Below, piece by piece: positions 9,038 to 19,709 of a stretch of DNA of 64,000 nucleotides. The stretch's first letter is position 1, and each line of letters starts with the position of its first letter. The notes beneath the pieces were generated by a model. That model worked only from the letters and a program-made list of their open reading frames with translations, did no database searches and was not told the origin of the DNA. Both the position numbers and the translations under genes were made by a program. Location: the IMG/VR virus record IMGVR_UViG_3300042367_000228, positions 248,001 to 312,000 of that record. One strand, given 5' to 3'.

Positions 9038-9844
9038 CTAGACTAATCTAGCTCTATAATCGTCTAAAGTTTGATAAATTGATTTTAAGTATCTACGATA
9101 TGCTTTTTCGTATCCCGGTTCGGCTCTACCTTTAAAATCACTATAAGTATGTGATTGTTTTGATATTTCTTTTAAGAATACATTAATAGCAGTGGATTGT
9201 TCTTGAGGTGATAGTTTATGAATCTTACTAATTAGATCTGATGCCGCTTCTTGTGCGTATGCTGCGATTTCGTCAGGTTGTGATTTATATATTTCTCTAG
9301 CACGAATCTGTTCTTCTTCACTTTTAAATTCATCTTGTATTAACGCTGTAAAGAATTTAATTTTATCTCTTTCAACATATCCATGTTTGTATTCGTATCG
9401 TTGTCCGTGACTTACTTGTTTAGCATGTGTTACTTCGTGTAAGAATACAGAAGTTAAGTGATTAATGATAGTGTTAATATCGTTAGCATCGATATTATCA
9501 GTATAATGTTTAAATAATAATTTAATTAAGTTTGCAATTACTTTTGGAGCAATTGTTATAGTATTAGTATCTTCAATATATTGTCCAGTACCTTGTGCTA
9601 ACGATTTAAATTGTATAGTAACATCAGTATTTGTTATTTGTTTTGCGTAGTGTGTTAGAATAGGTTTAATAGAATTAACAAATAACGTATTGTACTTAAC
9701 CATAAATTGCATATCCATTTTTTGGATAGGAGTTTGAGGTCGGGTATTAAACACATTCATAACCGCATCATGCAATGCATTATTAATTTCTGGAGCAACG
9801 TTTGTTAATGATATACGTTCGTATAATAATTCTCTAATTTTCAT
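9038..9844 (-). CDS. Zincin-like metallopeptidase with MKIRELLYE tag
   Basis: FLHEVTH (HExxH) plus downstream DEIAAYA; TATAAATA upstream (~9866-9873). Confidence 0.65.
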   Translation of the reverse strand: MKIRELLYERISLTNVAPEINNALHDAVMNVFNTRPQTPIQKMDMQFMVKYNTLFVNSIKPILTHYAKQITNTDVTIQFKSLAQGTGQYIEDTNTITIAPKVIANLIKLLFKHYTDNIDANDINTIINHLTSVFLHEVTHAKQVSHGQRYEYKHGYVERDKIKFFTALIQDEFKSEEEQIRAREIYKSQPDEIAAYAQEAASDLISKIHKLSPQEQSTAINVFLKEISKQSHTYSDFKGRAEPGYEKAYRRYLKSIYQTLDDYRARLV

Positions 9845-9874
9845 GTATAGTCCTAATTGTATACTATTTATACA

Positions 9875-10495
9875 CTAATTCTCATCACCCATTGTGTTGA
9901 AAAAATCATCTAAAAGCATATTAATAGTACGGGTTGATACGCTTCTAGATTTTAACAATTCAGCTTCGGCAGGTGTAATAGTGGCTAATTTTTTAAAATC
10001 TTCAACTATGAATGCAGTCCATTTACCTTTCGGAATTCCGGTAGGTTCTTTAAAACCAATACTCCTATCTAATGAAATCTCAACTCGATCTCTTCCTTTA
10101 TACATACTGTTTGGAATAGCAAGACAGTAAAATTCGTCCGAATATTTAGAATAACATAAAGCTCTAATTAAACCAGTTTTATTTTTAAGACCACTAATAG
10201 CAATAGAATTAGTCCATTCATCTTTTGCAATATTATTGTTTCTAAAACAACTTACTGCTTTTTTAGCATCGGACAAACATGGATAAAAATCATGTCCAAC
10301 TTCGGCAACACGAACATAAGCCCCTTGTGATGTTATCGCTAACGCATTTTCTAATACAGTTTCAATTTGAAGATCGCCAGTTTCTACTAGTTTTCTATAT
10401 AATGCAATTTCGTACTTTGGTGCATTTGGCCAACGATATGGTGCTAAAAAATCAAAAAATTTATAATCTTCGGGTGTAACAAGTGCTGTACTCAT
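9875..10495 (-). CDS. Hypothetical early protein
   Basis: 206-aa ORF behind a sigma70-type promoter. Confidence 0.7.
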   Translation of the reverse strand: MSTALVTPEDYKFFDFLAPYRWPNAPKYEIALYRKLVETGDLQIETVLENALAITSQGAYVRVAEVGHDFYPCLSDAKKAVSCFRNNNIAKDEWTNSIAISGLKNKTGLIRALCYSKYSDEFYCLAIPNSMYKGRDRVEISLDRSIGFKEPTGIPKGKWTAFIVEDFKKLATITPAEAELLKSRSVSTRTINMLLDDFFNTMGDEN

Positions 10496-10564
10496 AATTT
10501 AATTTTAATGTATAATGTGTTTAATAGATTTAATGTATAGATACTCTTTGTATCTAATGTCTAT

Positions 10565-10592
10565 ATTATACAGTAATTACTTCGATTGTCAA
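10565..10592 (-). promoter_or_regulatory. Sigma70-type early promoter
   Basis: TTGACA-16 nt-TATAAT. Confidence 0.7.
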
Positions 10593-11474
10593 TCAGTTAC
10601 TCAATTTTTTAACAATATATTCAACCATCTCTCCTGCTATGTTAGTACCACAATAATGATCAAAACCGTTAAATCCAGGATTTGAATTAGCTTCACATAC
10701 TCTAAATCCGCGATTATCAAATAATAGATCAATACCTGCTATTTCTAATCCTAACGCTTTAGCGGTAGCCAATGCAATTTCTTCTATTTCGGGAGTTACA
10801 GTATAAGGTTCGCCTTTACCACCTATTGTAATGTTTGCACGAAAGTCGCCTTCAGGAGCAATACGTTTCATAGCTCCGAGTACTTTATCTCCTACTACAA
10901 ATACTCTTAAATCTACACCAGGGTAATCATTAAGATATTCTTGTACTAGTAGTTTTTTTTCATTATCTAAATTTTTAAGGAATTCGATTAATTTATGATA
11001 TTCTTTTTCTGTTTGACACAGATATACACCCTCACCGAAACTACCAACTAATACTTTTATTACGCAAGGAAATCCTATATGTGTTGCGATTAAGTTGTGT
11101 GTAATTGGAAAGTGTACTAACATTGTTGTCGGTACTGCTATGTTAGCGTTTGAAAGAATTTGACCAGTGTGGAATTTATTTTGTACTATATGTATACTGT
11201 TGCTCGAGTTAACGCATGGGATGCCTAGTAATTCAAAATACCTAATTACAGCTAATTCAACCGAAGTGATACCGGCACCTAATCTTATTAACACTAGGTC
11301 AGGGAGAGAAAACTCTTTGCCGTCGTATTTGATTGACTCACCAATGATGATATCAAAGTTAGAAAATTGACATACAGATGCGTCGATGTTAGAATCCATG
11401 AAACTAATAAGTAGTTTACTAGTTTCATAGTCTATTGTAGTTTGTTTTGTAAGAATTATAACAGAATGTTTCAT
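10593..11474 (-). CDS. rimK: RimK-family ATP-grasp ligase
   Basis: NKFHTGQIL, GSFGEGVYL, QEYL, DLRVFVVG, FRANITIGG, AGIDLL, EANSNPGF. Confidence 0.88.
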   Translation of the reverse strand: MKHSVIILTKQTTIDYETSKLLISFMDSNIDASVCQFSNFDIIIGESIKYDGKEFSLPDLVLIRLGAGITSVELAVIRYFELLGIPCVNSSNSIHIVQNKFHTGQILSNANIAVPTTMLVHFPITHNLIATHIGFPCVIKVLVGSFGEGVYLCQTEKEYHKLIEFLKNLDNEKKLLVQEYLNDYPGVDLRVFVVGDKVLGAMKRIAPEGDFRANITIGGKGEPYTVTPEIEEIALATAKALGLEIAGIDLLFDNRGFRVCEANSNPGFNGFDHYCGTNIAGEMVEYIVKKLSN

Positions 11475-11500
11475 ACTGTATTTATCAGTATTTGCGCACT

Positions 11501-12178
11501 CTAAATCTCAGGGAATAAACACTCATGAACAAAGCGAGTAACGTCTTCTTCGTTTAAGCCAAGTGCAGCCATTACTCGCGGTGTATGCGGGATTTGTTTT
11601 TGTTGTATTGCATAGTAGTTTTGTGCTTCTACAGTGCTTTTAACTGTGTTATTAGTGCTTGCTACGTTAAATAAGTAGTGTTTGCTAGTAAGATCTATAA
11701 TGCTGTGTATTTGCGCTATTTCACTGTCTTTTTGAATATTGCTTGCTGCAATCATATGTGGGGAAAAGATCTTTTGTCCCCACTCTGGAATATCTCTAAC
11801 TTTATCCCATTTTAACAACCCAGCCTCTGATCCAAAAAAATCTATCATTGGATGATTAGAATTACCAGCCGGACTGTAGTCATGGAAAAAACCAGTTATC
11901 TTATTGCGACCTGCAACAACATCACAACCAAAGATAGGTGCAGGATTATGGATATGTGGGAAAATGCAGCAATGCATCATCCACAATCCGTTTGAATCAC
12001 TTGCGTCTACTATATTAAGATGTGCGCGACGATAAGACTTACTAGACCAAATTCTATTAATCCAACCGTTATAATTAAAACGATCAATACCAGGTTCTGC
12101 TATTTCAGTTCCTGAACTGTTAAATCGATCTATAAGTAAGTCTTGTATTTTAACTAACTGAGATTTTAGATCACTCAT
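11501..12178 (-). CDS. Ferredoxin-dependent bilin reductase (PcyA/PcyX-like)
   Basis: RRAHLNIVD, WMMHCCIFP, PIFGCDVV, FHDYSP, PEWGQKIFS, QKQIPHTPRVM; coupled to heme oxygenase. Confidence 0.85.
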   Translation of the reverse strand: MSDLKSQLVKIQDLLIDRFNSSGTEIAEPGIDRFNYNGWINRIWSSKSYRRAHLNIVDASDSNGLWMMHCCIFPHIHNPAPIFGCDVVAGRNKITGFFHDYSPAGNSNHPMIDFFGSEAGLLKWDKVRDIPEWGQKIFSPHMIAASNIQKDSEIAQIHSIIDLTSKHYLFNVASTNNTVKSTVEAQNYYAIQQKQIPHTPRVMAALGLNEEDVTRFVHECLFPEI

Positions 12179-12708
12179 GCTAACTCTTCAAATAACTTTG
12201 TAGCAAAACTAAAACAAATTAATGCTTCTTCTGCTAGTGAATCATCTAACTTAGCACGTATTGCGTCTTTAAGTTCATTGGTATTTTCAAACTTATAGAA
12301 ATTACCTAAACCGGGAACTTTTTTAGCAATCATTTGACCGCCATACAAATCTCCCATATGCCTGACATAAATATGAGCCATTAGTTTCTTAGGATCGTCT
12401 TTAATTGTTAAAAGATGTCTCAAATACTCGTGAGTAGATTCTAATATTTTAAAATTTGGTAAATCTGGAACATCGGCTTCTAACTCAAGAAGATCTTGTT
12501 TAATTTTTTCAGCACGTTTAATGCCAGGTAGATCATCTAGTATACCTGCATCATTTGCAAATGCTTCTAAGGTTGCGTATGCAAGTTCTTGGTTAAGCAA
12601 ATAATGTGCGTACTGTTCTTTACTAATATTTCCAGAGAAAATTAGGTTAACAAATGGTTGAGATTCTGCTAGTTTATGTGCTTCTGCAGTTAGTTCTTTT
12701 AAACTCAT
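12175..12708 (-). CDS. hemO: Heme oxygenase
   Basis: LKELTAEAHKLAE (proximal His) and AHIYVRHMGDLYGGQMI signature. Confidence 0.92.
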   Translation of the reverse strand: MSLKELTAEAHKLAESQPFVNLIFSGNISKEQYAHYLLNQELAYATLEAFANDAGILDDLPGIKRAEKIKQDLLELEADVPDLPNFKILESTHEYLRHLLTIKDDPKKLMAHIYVRHMGDLYGGQMIAKKVPGLGNFYKFENTNELKDAIRAKLDDSLAEEALICFSFATKLFEELA

Positions 12709-13010
12709 AGATCTTCTTCCATTTTAATTTGTAAAGGATACCCGGCTGATCTAGCAAGTGTAGTTGATTCAACTGCCTTAATTTCTGCAATTTCAAAACT
12801 ATACACACCTGCAATGCCAGATCCAGTTTCGTGTACTTGCATAGTAATATTACCTGCAGAATTAGGATCATGTTTAAACACATCCATTAATAAAGTTACT
12901 ACAAAGTCAACAGGAGTAACGTCGTCATTAATAAGAATAACTTTCCAACGCTTTGGTTCTGAAACCTTAATTCTAACTTTTTCGTCTACTGCTACATCTG
13001 TATTTGCCAT
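12705..13010 (-). CDS. clpS: Clp protease adaptor ClpS
   Basis: WKVILINDDVTPVDFVV...MQVHETGSGIAGVY...AEIK. Confidence 0.93.
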   Translation of the reverse strand: MANTDVAVDEKVRIKVSEPKRWKVILINDDVTPVDFVVTLLMDVFKHDPNSAGNITMQVHETGSGIAGVYSFEIAEIKAVESTTLARSAGYPLQIKMEEDL

Positions 13011-13018
13011 TTGGGCTC

Positions 13019-13465
13019 CTATTTAATTTGAATTTGTCGGGGTTGTAATGCAGTTGGCATTAATCGTTCAATACCAATTGTAAGCATACCGTTTTCTACT
13101 TTAGCATCTTTAACTTCCATATATTCTGCAAGCGTAAAGGTTTGTTCAAAATCTCTAAATGCTAATCCTCGATGTAAGAATTCTTTTCTTTCATTTAGAT
13201 CAGGATTGTATTTTTCGTTATTACGTTTTTTACCTGTTATAACGAGTAAATCTTGATTAACTTCGATGTTAATATCGTACTTAGTAAAACCAGCAACTGC
13301 TACTTCTATTTCGTAGTAAGTATCGTTGTATTTTACAATGTTGTGTGGTGGATAATTGTTAGCTGCGGTTGCTGTTAATACGTTTGAAAATAAAGTATCA
13401 AACCCTATTAGTGCTTTATTTAATAATGCTAATTCTGCATTGCTTATTGTTTTTAATTGTGACAT
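13019..13465 (-). CDS. ibpA: Small heat-shock protein (Hsp20/IbpA family)
   Basis: NYPPHNI, IEVAVAGF, FLHRGLAFRDF, A..ENGMLTI. Start moved to ATG 13465 after SD AAGGAG. Confidence 0.92.
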   Translation of the reverse strand: MSQLKTISNAELALLNKALIGFDTLFSNVLTATAANNYPPHNIVKYNDTYYEIEVAVAGFTKYDINIEVNQDLLVITGKKRNNEKYNPDLNERKEFLHRGLAFRDFEQTFTLAEYMEVKDAKVENGMLTIGIERLMPTALQPRQIQIK

Positions 13466-13520
13466 AAAAATCTCCTTATTGTAAGCGAGGACTATATAAA
13501 CCCTTATGGCGTTTATTTGC
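13466..13520 (-). promoter_or_regulatory. ROSE-like RNA thermometer in hsp20 5' UTR
   Basis: CUC-G-CUU-ACAAU-AAG-GAG hairpin sequesters the SD with a bulged G (UCGCU motif); upstream hairpin AAAC-GCC-AUAA-GG-GUUU. Confidence 0.7.
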
Positions 13521-13574
13521 GTATATAATAACACAGCTGTTAACAAATGTCAACAGCTGTGTTTAAATTGTGTG

Positions 13575-14807
13575 TTACTCTTTTGGTTCTTCTGGAGTTA
13601 CTTCAGTAAAATCTGCACTAACTGTTTCTTCAGTACTCGTTGCTTCAGTAGCAGCAGCTGCAGCAGCGTTGGCTGCATCGGCTTCTTGTTTTTTAGTAAA
13701 TACCGGAGCTGCAGCTTCAAACAGTTTATTAGTTGCTTCAGTAATAGGTTCAACTTCTTCACCGTCTCTTGCAGTTTCTAATGCTAGTAACGCGTCTTCA
13801 AACGCAGTACGTTCTTCTTCAGTTAATTGATCTTTTACTTCGTCATAATCTTTCTTCAATGAATGAGATTGTGCTTCTGCACTGTTACGTGCTTCAATTA
13901 ATGACTTAGCTTTAGCATCTGCTTCTGCATTTTCCTCAGCTTCTTTAACCATACGTTCAATCTCAGCATCTGTTAGTCCTGAATCAGATTTAATAGTAAT
14001 TTTGTTCTCTTTGCCGGTAGTTTTATCTTTAGCACTTACATGCATAATACCGTTAGCATCAATATCAAAAGTTACTTCAATCTGTGGTTGACCGCGTGGA
14101 GCTGCGTCAATCCCTTCTAAGTTAAACTCACCAAGTTGTTTATTGTAACGATACAATTCACGTTCACCTTGACCTACTTTAATAGTAACTGCAGGTTGAT
14201 TATCTTCTGCTGTTGAGAATGTCTGGCTTGCTTTAGTTGGAATGGTTGTATTTTTCTGAATTAACTTAGTAAATACCCCGCCCATTGTTTCAATACCTAA
14301 ACTTAATGGAGTAACGTCAAGTAACAATACGTCAGTTTTATCACCTGCTAATACTGCACCTTGGATAGCAGCACCTGCAGCAACAGCTTCATCTGGATTA
14401 ACGTCTTTACGTGGTGCTTTTCCAAAGAATGCTTCAACAGCTTCTTGTACTTTAGGCATACGTGTTTGACCACCTACTAAAATAACTTCGTCAATATCTG
14501 ACAAACTAACTTTAGCATCAGCAATTGCAATTTTACATGGTTCGATTGAACGTTGTACTAAATCGTCTACTAATGCTTCAAACTTAGCACGAGTTACTGT
14601 TACGTTTAAGTGTTTCGGACCTGTGGCATCTGCAGTAACATATGGTAAGTTAACATTTGTTTGTGCAGTGCTTGACAATTCAATTTTAGCTTTTTCAGCA
14701 GCTTCTTTTAAACGTTGCAACGCCATTGTATCAGATTTAAGATCAACACCTGAGTCTTTCTTAAATTCGTCAATCAAATGATCCATTAATCGTTGGTCAA
14801 AGTCTTC
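13575..14807 (-). CDS. dnaK: DnaK (Hsp70) exon 2
   Basis: Starts [11 protein letters not shown]; [42 protein letters not shown]. Spliced product is 641 aa. Confidence 0.95.
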   Translation of the reverse strand, partial: EDFDQRLMDHLIDEFKKDSGVDLKSDTMALQRLKEAAEKAKIELSSTAQTNVNLPYVTADATGPKHLNVTVTRAKFEALVDDLVQRSIEPCKIAIADAKVSLSDIDEVILVGGQTRMPKVQEAVEAFFGKAPRKDVNPDEAVAAGAAIQGAVLAGDKTDVLLLDVTPLSLGIETMGGVFTKLIQKNTTIPTKASQTFSTAEDNQPAVTIKVGQGERELYRYNKQLGEFNLEGIDAAPRGQPQIEVTFDIDANGIMHVSAKDKTTGKENKITIKSDSGLTDAEIERMVKEAEENAEADAKAKSLIEARNSAEAQSHSLKKDYDEVKDQLTEEERTAFEDALLALETARDGEEVEPITEATNKLFEAAAPVFTKKQEADAANAAAAAATEATSTEETVSADFTEVTPEEPKE

Positions 14808-15955
14808 CAGTTATGTTATCGTTAAGCTCTTTATCTTAACTTCTTATACTTTCATATAAGCTCAGACTATATCTTAATTATAGACTTGCAATTATCAAAG
14901 TGCCATCGTTTCATATTTGACGAATCTCCAATTTTATTGCAATGTGGACAAGTTACTTGTTGTCGTTTTTTATTTTGTTTATATCTTTTTCCAGCAGCTA
15001 TACCAACTACCTCTTTAGAAATTAATCTAGGGTCATCTTTATTAACTGTAAATTTATTACCATTAATATCTTTAACAACTATCCGTCCTGCTGAAGTTGA
15101 TGTATACTGCTTTGATAAAAATTTTTCATCAGTAACTGAAACCATAATAATTTTACCAGTTTCATTAAACACTTTTGTTAACCCTTTTGTAATGCCTACT
15201 AACGATGTATCGTTTTTATTGTCAACTACTACAGTTTCGTTAGTTACGGTTTTCATAACTCGTCTACCGGTTGTGTGACCTGCATATCTATCAGGGTTTG
15301 CATCAAATGTACTTTTTGAAATTTTTACCACTGTACCTAATAAATTATCTTTAGCTACTACTTTATCTATAGAGCATTTACGTATTCGTTCAATACCAAA
15401 GGATGAATGTGTAATTACTCCACGACCACCTTCTGTTAAATTATAAACGTCGTCTCGTTTAATAAAGATCGAATCTACTAATTTAGCTTCATATTCATAT
15501 GCATCATGTTTTGAATTGCAAAATTCTAATATGTCGCGTTTGAAATTAGTTTTTCCATATTTCTTTATTGCTTGTTTTAATAATTTTCCAGACCCTATAT
15601 AGCCGTCGTTAATATTAGTAGTTTCATGTACACCAATATAAATGGTGTTATTAATTAAATTAGTTGTTTTGTAAACAAAATATATCTTATCCATATCTTC
15701 CCCTCCTATAATTTTATTTATCATAAGATTAGAAGATCTATAATTTTCCGCACTCTTGGGTCTTTACTGTCCTATCTGGACTCCATGACCTAGTCGTTGA
15801 ACCTTGAACTTATTCCTAAGTCCCTTGGCTGCTGATTTCCCAATCTATTCATTTTTTAACGTTCGCACTTATCATTACTAATTATGCTGTAGTATGAATA
15901 GCTCTAAGGGGTTCCCAGCAATTCACGGAATTTTTATACGGGAGGCTAATACTTA
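14808..15955 (-). mobile_element. Group I intron (phage IA-type) in dnaK, 1148 nt
   Basis: Exon 1 ends in U (GGU), intron ends in G; P1 GGU|UAA..UUAGCC; P GAAUUGCUGGGAA (15911-15924), Q AAUCAGCAG (15829-15837), R GUUCAACGACUA (15791-15802), S AAGAUAUAGUCU (14864-14875); P9 with GAAA loop. Removal restores TFLGG-EDFD. Confidence 0.93.
14867..15694 (-). CDS. Intron-encoded GIY-YIG homing endonuclease
   Basis: FVYKTTNLINNTIYIGVH...YIGSG; C-terminal CPHC...MKRWHFDNCK; internal late promoter GATAAATA ~15715; stop TAG lies inside the S element. Confidence 0.88.
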   Translation of the reverse strand: MDKIYFVYKTTNLINNTIYIGVHETTNINDGYIGSGKLLKQAIKKYGKTNFKRDILEFCNSKHDAYEYEAKLVDSIFIKRDDVYNLTEGGRGVITHSSFGIERIRKCSIDKVVAKDNLLGTVVKISKSTFDANPDRYAGHTTGRRVMKTVTNETVVVDNKNDTSLVGITKGLTKVFNETGKIIMVSVTDEKFLSKQYTSTSAGRIVVKDINGNKFTVNKDDPRLISKEVVGIAAGKRYKQNKKRQQVTCPHCNKIGDSSNMKRWHFDNCKSIIKI

Positions 15956-16728
<773 letters not shown>

Positions 16729-16730
16729 TT

Positions 16731-17039
16731 TTATTTATCTTTTTGAATAATTTCTGAATAATATTCATTAAAGAAATCTAATTTACATGTGAAAAATTCA
16801 CCATTAATATCTTTAACAACATAATCGCCTTCTGTTGCAATATACTTTGCAGGTGGGGCTAAATTATGATTATGCTCTACAACTCCTATCTCCGCCCAAC
16901 CCATTGCATAAGGTTGGCGATCTTTCCCATACTGAATTAGTTCTTCACCAAGGAATTCTTTTAATTGTTCAATACCCTTATCAGAGTATTCAAATTGCAT
17001 TGCTTGTACTACGTGTAGCTTGTTTGTATATTGTTTCAT
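16731..17039 (-). CDS. Conserved-type phage hypothetical protein
   Basis: V.AMQF...ATEGDYVVKD.NGEFF.CK..FF...Y pattern common in phage small proteins. Confidence 0.65.
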   Translation of the reverse strand: MKQYTNKLHVVQAMQFEYSDKGIEQLKEFLGEELIQYGKDRQPYAMGWAEIGVVEHNHNLAPPAKYIATEGDYVVKDINGEFFTCKLDFFNEYYSEIIQKDK

Positions 17040-17263
17040 AATTTTTTAAACACCGGCATTTGATTTGTTATTTCTATAAACTTGTATTTATTTGGGTTCA
17101 AACGTTTTTTAATGTCGTTTACGAGATTGCTAATGCTTACTGGCATTCGTTCAATGTGTCGACCACTATTGTCTATAATCATGTACCACAATAACCCGAC
17201 ACCTGTATCAGCCGGAAATGATTCCAGCTGCGTTTTAAATAATGCATGATATTTTAGTTTCAT
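17036..17263 (-). CDS. Hypothetical protein
   Basis: Start/stop overlap with neighbours. Confidence 0.55.
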   Translation of the reverse strand: MKLKYHALFKTQLESFPADTGVGLLWYMIIDNSGRHIERMPVSISNLVNDIKKRLNPNKYKFIEITNQMPVFKKL

Positions 17264-17820
17264 TTGTATTTCTTAAATGGAGTAATGCCATGTTCCATTA
17301 GTACTTGTGATACATTCTGTACACCGATTGCTTGTGCTACAGCATCTTCTACAGCATTGTGAGCTGTTACTTGTGGCATTTTTGGATCAATGCCTAGATC
17401 AAACATTGTGCGTACATCGCGTATTGCCCAATACTTCCATGGAGCAGCTTTTTGTATACGATCAAAGTAAGTGTCACAGACTACAATATCAAATCCTGCA
17501 CCATTTGACCAAAAGCAACTTGCACCCCAACAGAACTTGTAGAGTTGAGTAAATGCATCAGTTGCTGTTAGTCTACCTTCTTCACCAAACGCTTCTTCTT
17601 GTGCTTCTGGTGATTGTTTAGCCCACCATTCAATAGTGTTATCGTCAATGTGTAGGTCTAAGTCTGCACAACTGTCTAAGTCTATTTTAATATATAGCTT
17701 ATCTTTTTCTTCAATCGGGTCGTTTCCGAGCGGATCAAATCTAACTGCACCGAGAGTTAAGATCGTTGCATTTGTTCTAGTTGACAAAGTTTCCAAATCT
17801 AGCATCACGTGGTTTTTCAT
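17260..17820 (-). CDS. DEDDh 3'-5' exonuclease (RNase AS/ExoVIII-like)
   Basis: MLDLETL, WSNGAGFDI, RDVRT, HNAVEDA. Confidence 0.88.
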   Translation of the reverse strand: MKNHVMLDLETLSTRTNATILTLGAVRFDPLGNDPIEEKDKLYIKIDLDSCADLDLHIDDNTIEWWAKQSPEAQEEAFGEEGRLTATDAFTQLYKFCWGASCFWSNGAGFDIVVCDTYFDRIQKAAPWKYWAIRDVRTMFDLGIDPKMPQVTAHNAVEDAVAQAIGVQNVSQVLMEHGITPFKKYK

Positions 17821-18143
17821 TTCTTACCTTTTTCTAATACTTGTTTACGTTTTGCATCTGCCTTAGCTTTTAAGGTAGCGCGGAATCTTTCATATTTAAG
17901 TTGTAATGGAGATTTACAAACTTCCATTAGTGATACTGCTTCAGTACACTTACCGTTAGTCTTACGTATAGTAGACTTACCTTGTTTACTCTTTGGTATA
18001 TCATAATCAATAGGAGCTATTACATCAGGTAACGGCTGTACTGGATTAGCTGCTGCATATTTCTCAAGCATAGGAGTAATGTCAATATCGTCATTGGCAT
18101 ACGCGGTACTTACTAATAATAAAACCAAAAAGTATTTTTTCAT
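17817..18143 (-). CDS. Hypothetical secreted protein
   Basis: Signal peptide MKKYFLVLLLVSTAYA. Confidence 0.6.
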   Translation of the reverse strand: MKKYFLVLLLVSTAYANDDIDITPMLEKYAAANPVQPLPDVIAPIDYDIPKSKQGKSTIRKTNGKCTEAVSLMEVCKSPLQLKYERFRATLKAKADAKRKQVLEKGKK

Positions 18144-18146
18144 AAA

Positions 18147-18518
18147 TCACCAAGTAATAGTTAATTTGAATGCGTGATCAAATTGCGGAGAATCATGTCC
18201 CTCGGCTCGTAAATGGTAACCGTATTCGTCAAGATCGTCTACTAATTTTGCCATCATTGGTTCAGTAAACCAAGTAGCAACAGATGGCTGATAATACCAA
18301 TCAACGTCAGGCTCTCTAGTTGGGTTGTATTGTCTAGGACTAAACAAGCCTTTATTTTCTTTTATTTTATCGTACATTACTACAGTTAATACACGATCAA
18401 GTCTAGTAGCCTGATCGGACCGTAGTTTGCGGTCTAAATCGTTAATGAACAAGTATGCTGCATGATCTTGTTTTGTGTATTTTTGTAGCTTTCGTGAGTC
18501 TATCATTATTCCTCCCAT
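18147..18518 (-). CDS. Hypothetical protein
   Basis: ORF in a co-directional run. Confidence 0.55.
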   Translation of the reverse strand: MGGIMIDSRKLQKYTKQDHAAYLFINDLDRKLRSDQATRLDRVLTVVMYDKIKENKGLFSPRQYNPTREPDVDWYYQPSVATWFTEPMMAKLVDDLDEYGYHLRAEGHDSPQFDHAFKLTITW

Positions 18519-18994
18519 ACGTTTGGTAATCTGCTTTTGTTACGGATTGCAGTATAAATGTTGATATTCTCGTTATCTGCAAAGTGAATTAGTTTGTTAA
18601 TTATATCTGTACCAACTAAGAAGTCAGCACAGTCAATAACAAGTATGTTTGGCTTAACTGCTAAATCAACACCTTTGTAAAGTTCAAATAAGTAAGGAAC
18701 CATTTCACCATTGTAAATCTCATGTGTAGATTTTACTGCTACACTCATTAAGCTTTCAATAATATGAATGTTTTCAACATTTGAATTTGCGTCATTGAAT
18801 CGTTTTTTAATTGCATCTTCATGCATTTCCATACTAAGAAACACTACTGTGTTACCTCTTAGTGATTCGTGTGCAGCTGCATTAACAAGTAATTGAGTAA
18901 TGCCTCTTTCTTTTTTTGAAAAGTCATAGACCATAACTTTGTTGCGTGATTCTACACCATTGTTCATAGATCTAAATGAAACTTTTTGTATCAT
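18506..18994 (-). CDS. Degenerate DnaB/RecA-like P-loop-fold protein
   Basis: VVFLSMEM and ILVIDCAD resemble DnaB motifs 1a/2; Walker A is degenerate (KKERGIT). Confidence 0.5.
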   Translation of the reverse strand: MIQKVSFRSMNNGVESRNKVMVYDFSKKERGITQLLVNAAAHESLRGNTVVFLSMEMHEDAIKKRFNDANSNVENIHIIESLMSVAVKSTHEIYNGEMVPYLFELYKGVDLAVKPNILVIDCADFLVGTDIINKLIHFADNENINIYTAIRNKSRLPNVWEE

Positions 18995-19018
18995 GTGGAC
19001 TCCTAAGTTAAAAATAAT

Positions 19019-19047
19019 ATTATACTATATTTTGTATACGATGTCAA
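19019..19047 (-). promoter_or_regulatory. Sigma70-type early promoter
   Basis: TTGACA-17 nt-TATAAT. Confidence 0.75.
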
Positions 19048-19188
19048 ACCTTATGAAACACAATTAATAGAGAAAATGCAACTAATCCAGCTGCAACTAG
19101 AGAACCCCCGATAATAGGATTAAAACCAGCAAGTAAAAGAATAATACCAATAAATGATATTAAGTTAAAGAATGTACTAAGCGTAAAA

Positions 19189-19482
19189 TCAGTCATAACG
19201 CTCATGTTTATACCTCGAGTGTTTACGGCTACGCACCCATAGCCAAAAGTTGTGTAAGTAAATGCTTGATACAATACCACATGCACCGCCTAGTACAAAT
19301 ACTATACTTTCGTAAGTAGATGCAGTTGGTGCTAATTTAAATAAAACTAGTTGGCAAGTACCAAGCATTAGTGATGTAATAAATGCAGTTAGAACATGTT
19401 TGTCGCGTACAATTTGAGATTGAAATCCTAACAGCAGTACTGAACAATACGATGAGAAAAACAGCATCAATAACGTTTCCAT
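19189..19482 (-). CDS. Small membrane protein
   Basis: Three hydrophobic segments. Confidence 0.6.
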   Translation of the reverse strand: METLLMLFFSSYCSVLLLGFQSQIVRDKHVLTAFITSLMLGTCQLVLFKLAPTASTYESIVFVLGGACGIVSSIYLHNFWLWVRSRKHSRYKHERYD

Positions 19483-19709
19483 TATGCAGCTGCCTTTTTA
19501 CGTGCTTTAATAATTTTCTTAGCACGCCATCCGATATCAAACCAATATCGTGCAGTCATAAATGGAGAGTTACGTTCAAGTGCAGTTTCATCCATTGAAA
19601 TTAATTGATGATTGCAGATGCTTTTAAAATACTTCCACTGTTTATCAGTAAGTGGACCTTGTAGTTGTTTGTTAAGTGCTTTTTCTAAATCTTTTTTCAT
19701 TATATGCAC
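19482..19709 (-). CDS. Hypothetical protein
   Basis: ORF coupled to neighbours. Confidence 0.5.
   Translation of the reverse strand: MHIMKKDLEKALNKQLQGPLTDKQWKYFKSICNHQLISMDETALERNSPFMTARYWFDIGWRAKKIIKARKKAAA

Noticed and set aside
9875-10495. PD-(D/E)XK restriction-like nuclease (D...SDAK)
   Set aside because: Motif too short to support without a profile search.
12175-12708. Heme oxygenase start MSLKELTAE as another capsid-targeting tag
   Set aside because: It is the normal first helix leading to the proximal His; likely coincidental.
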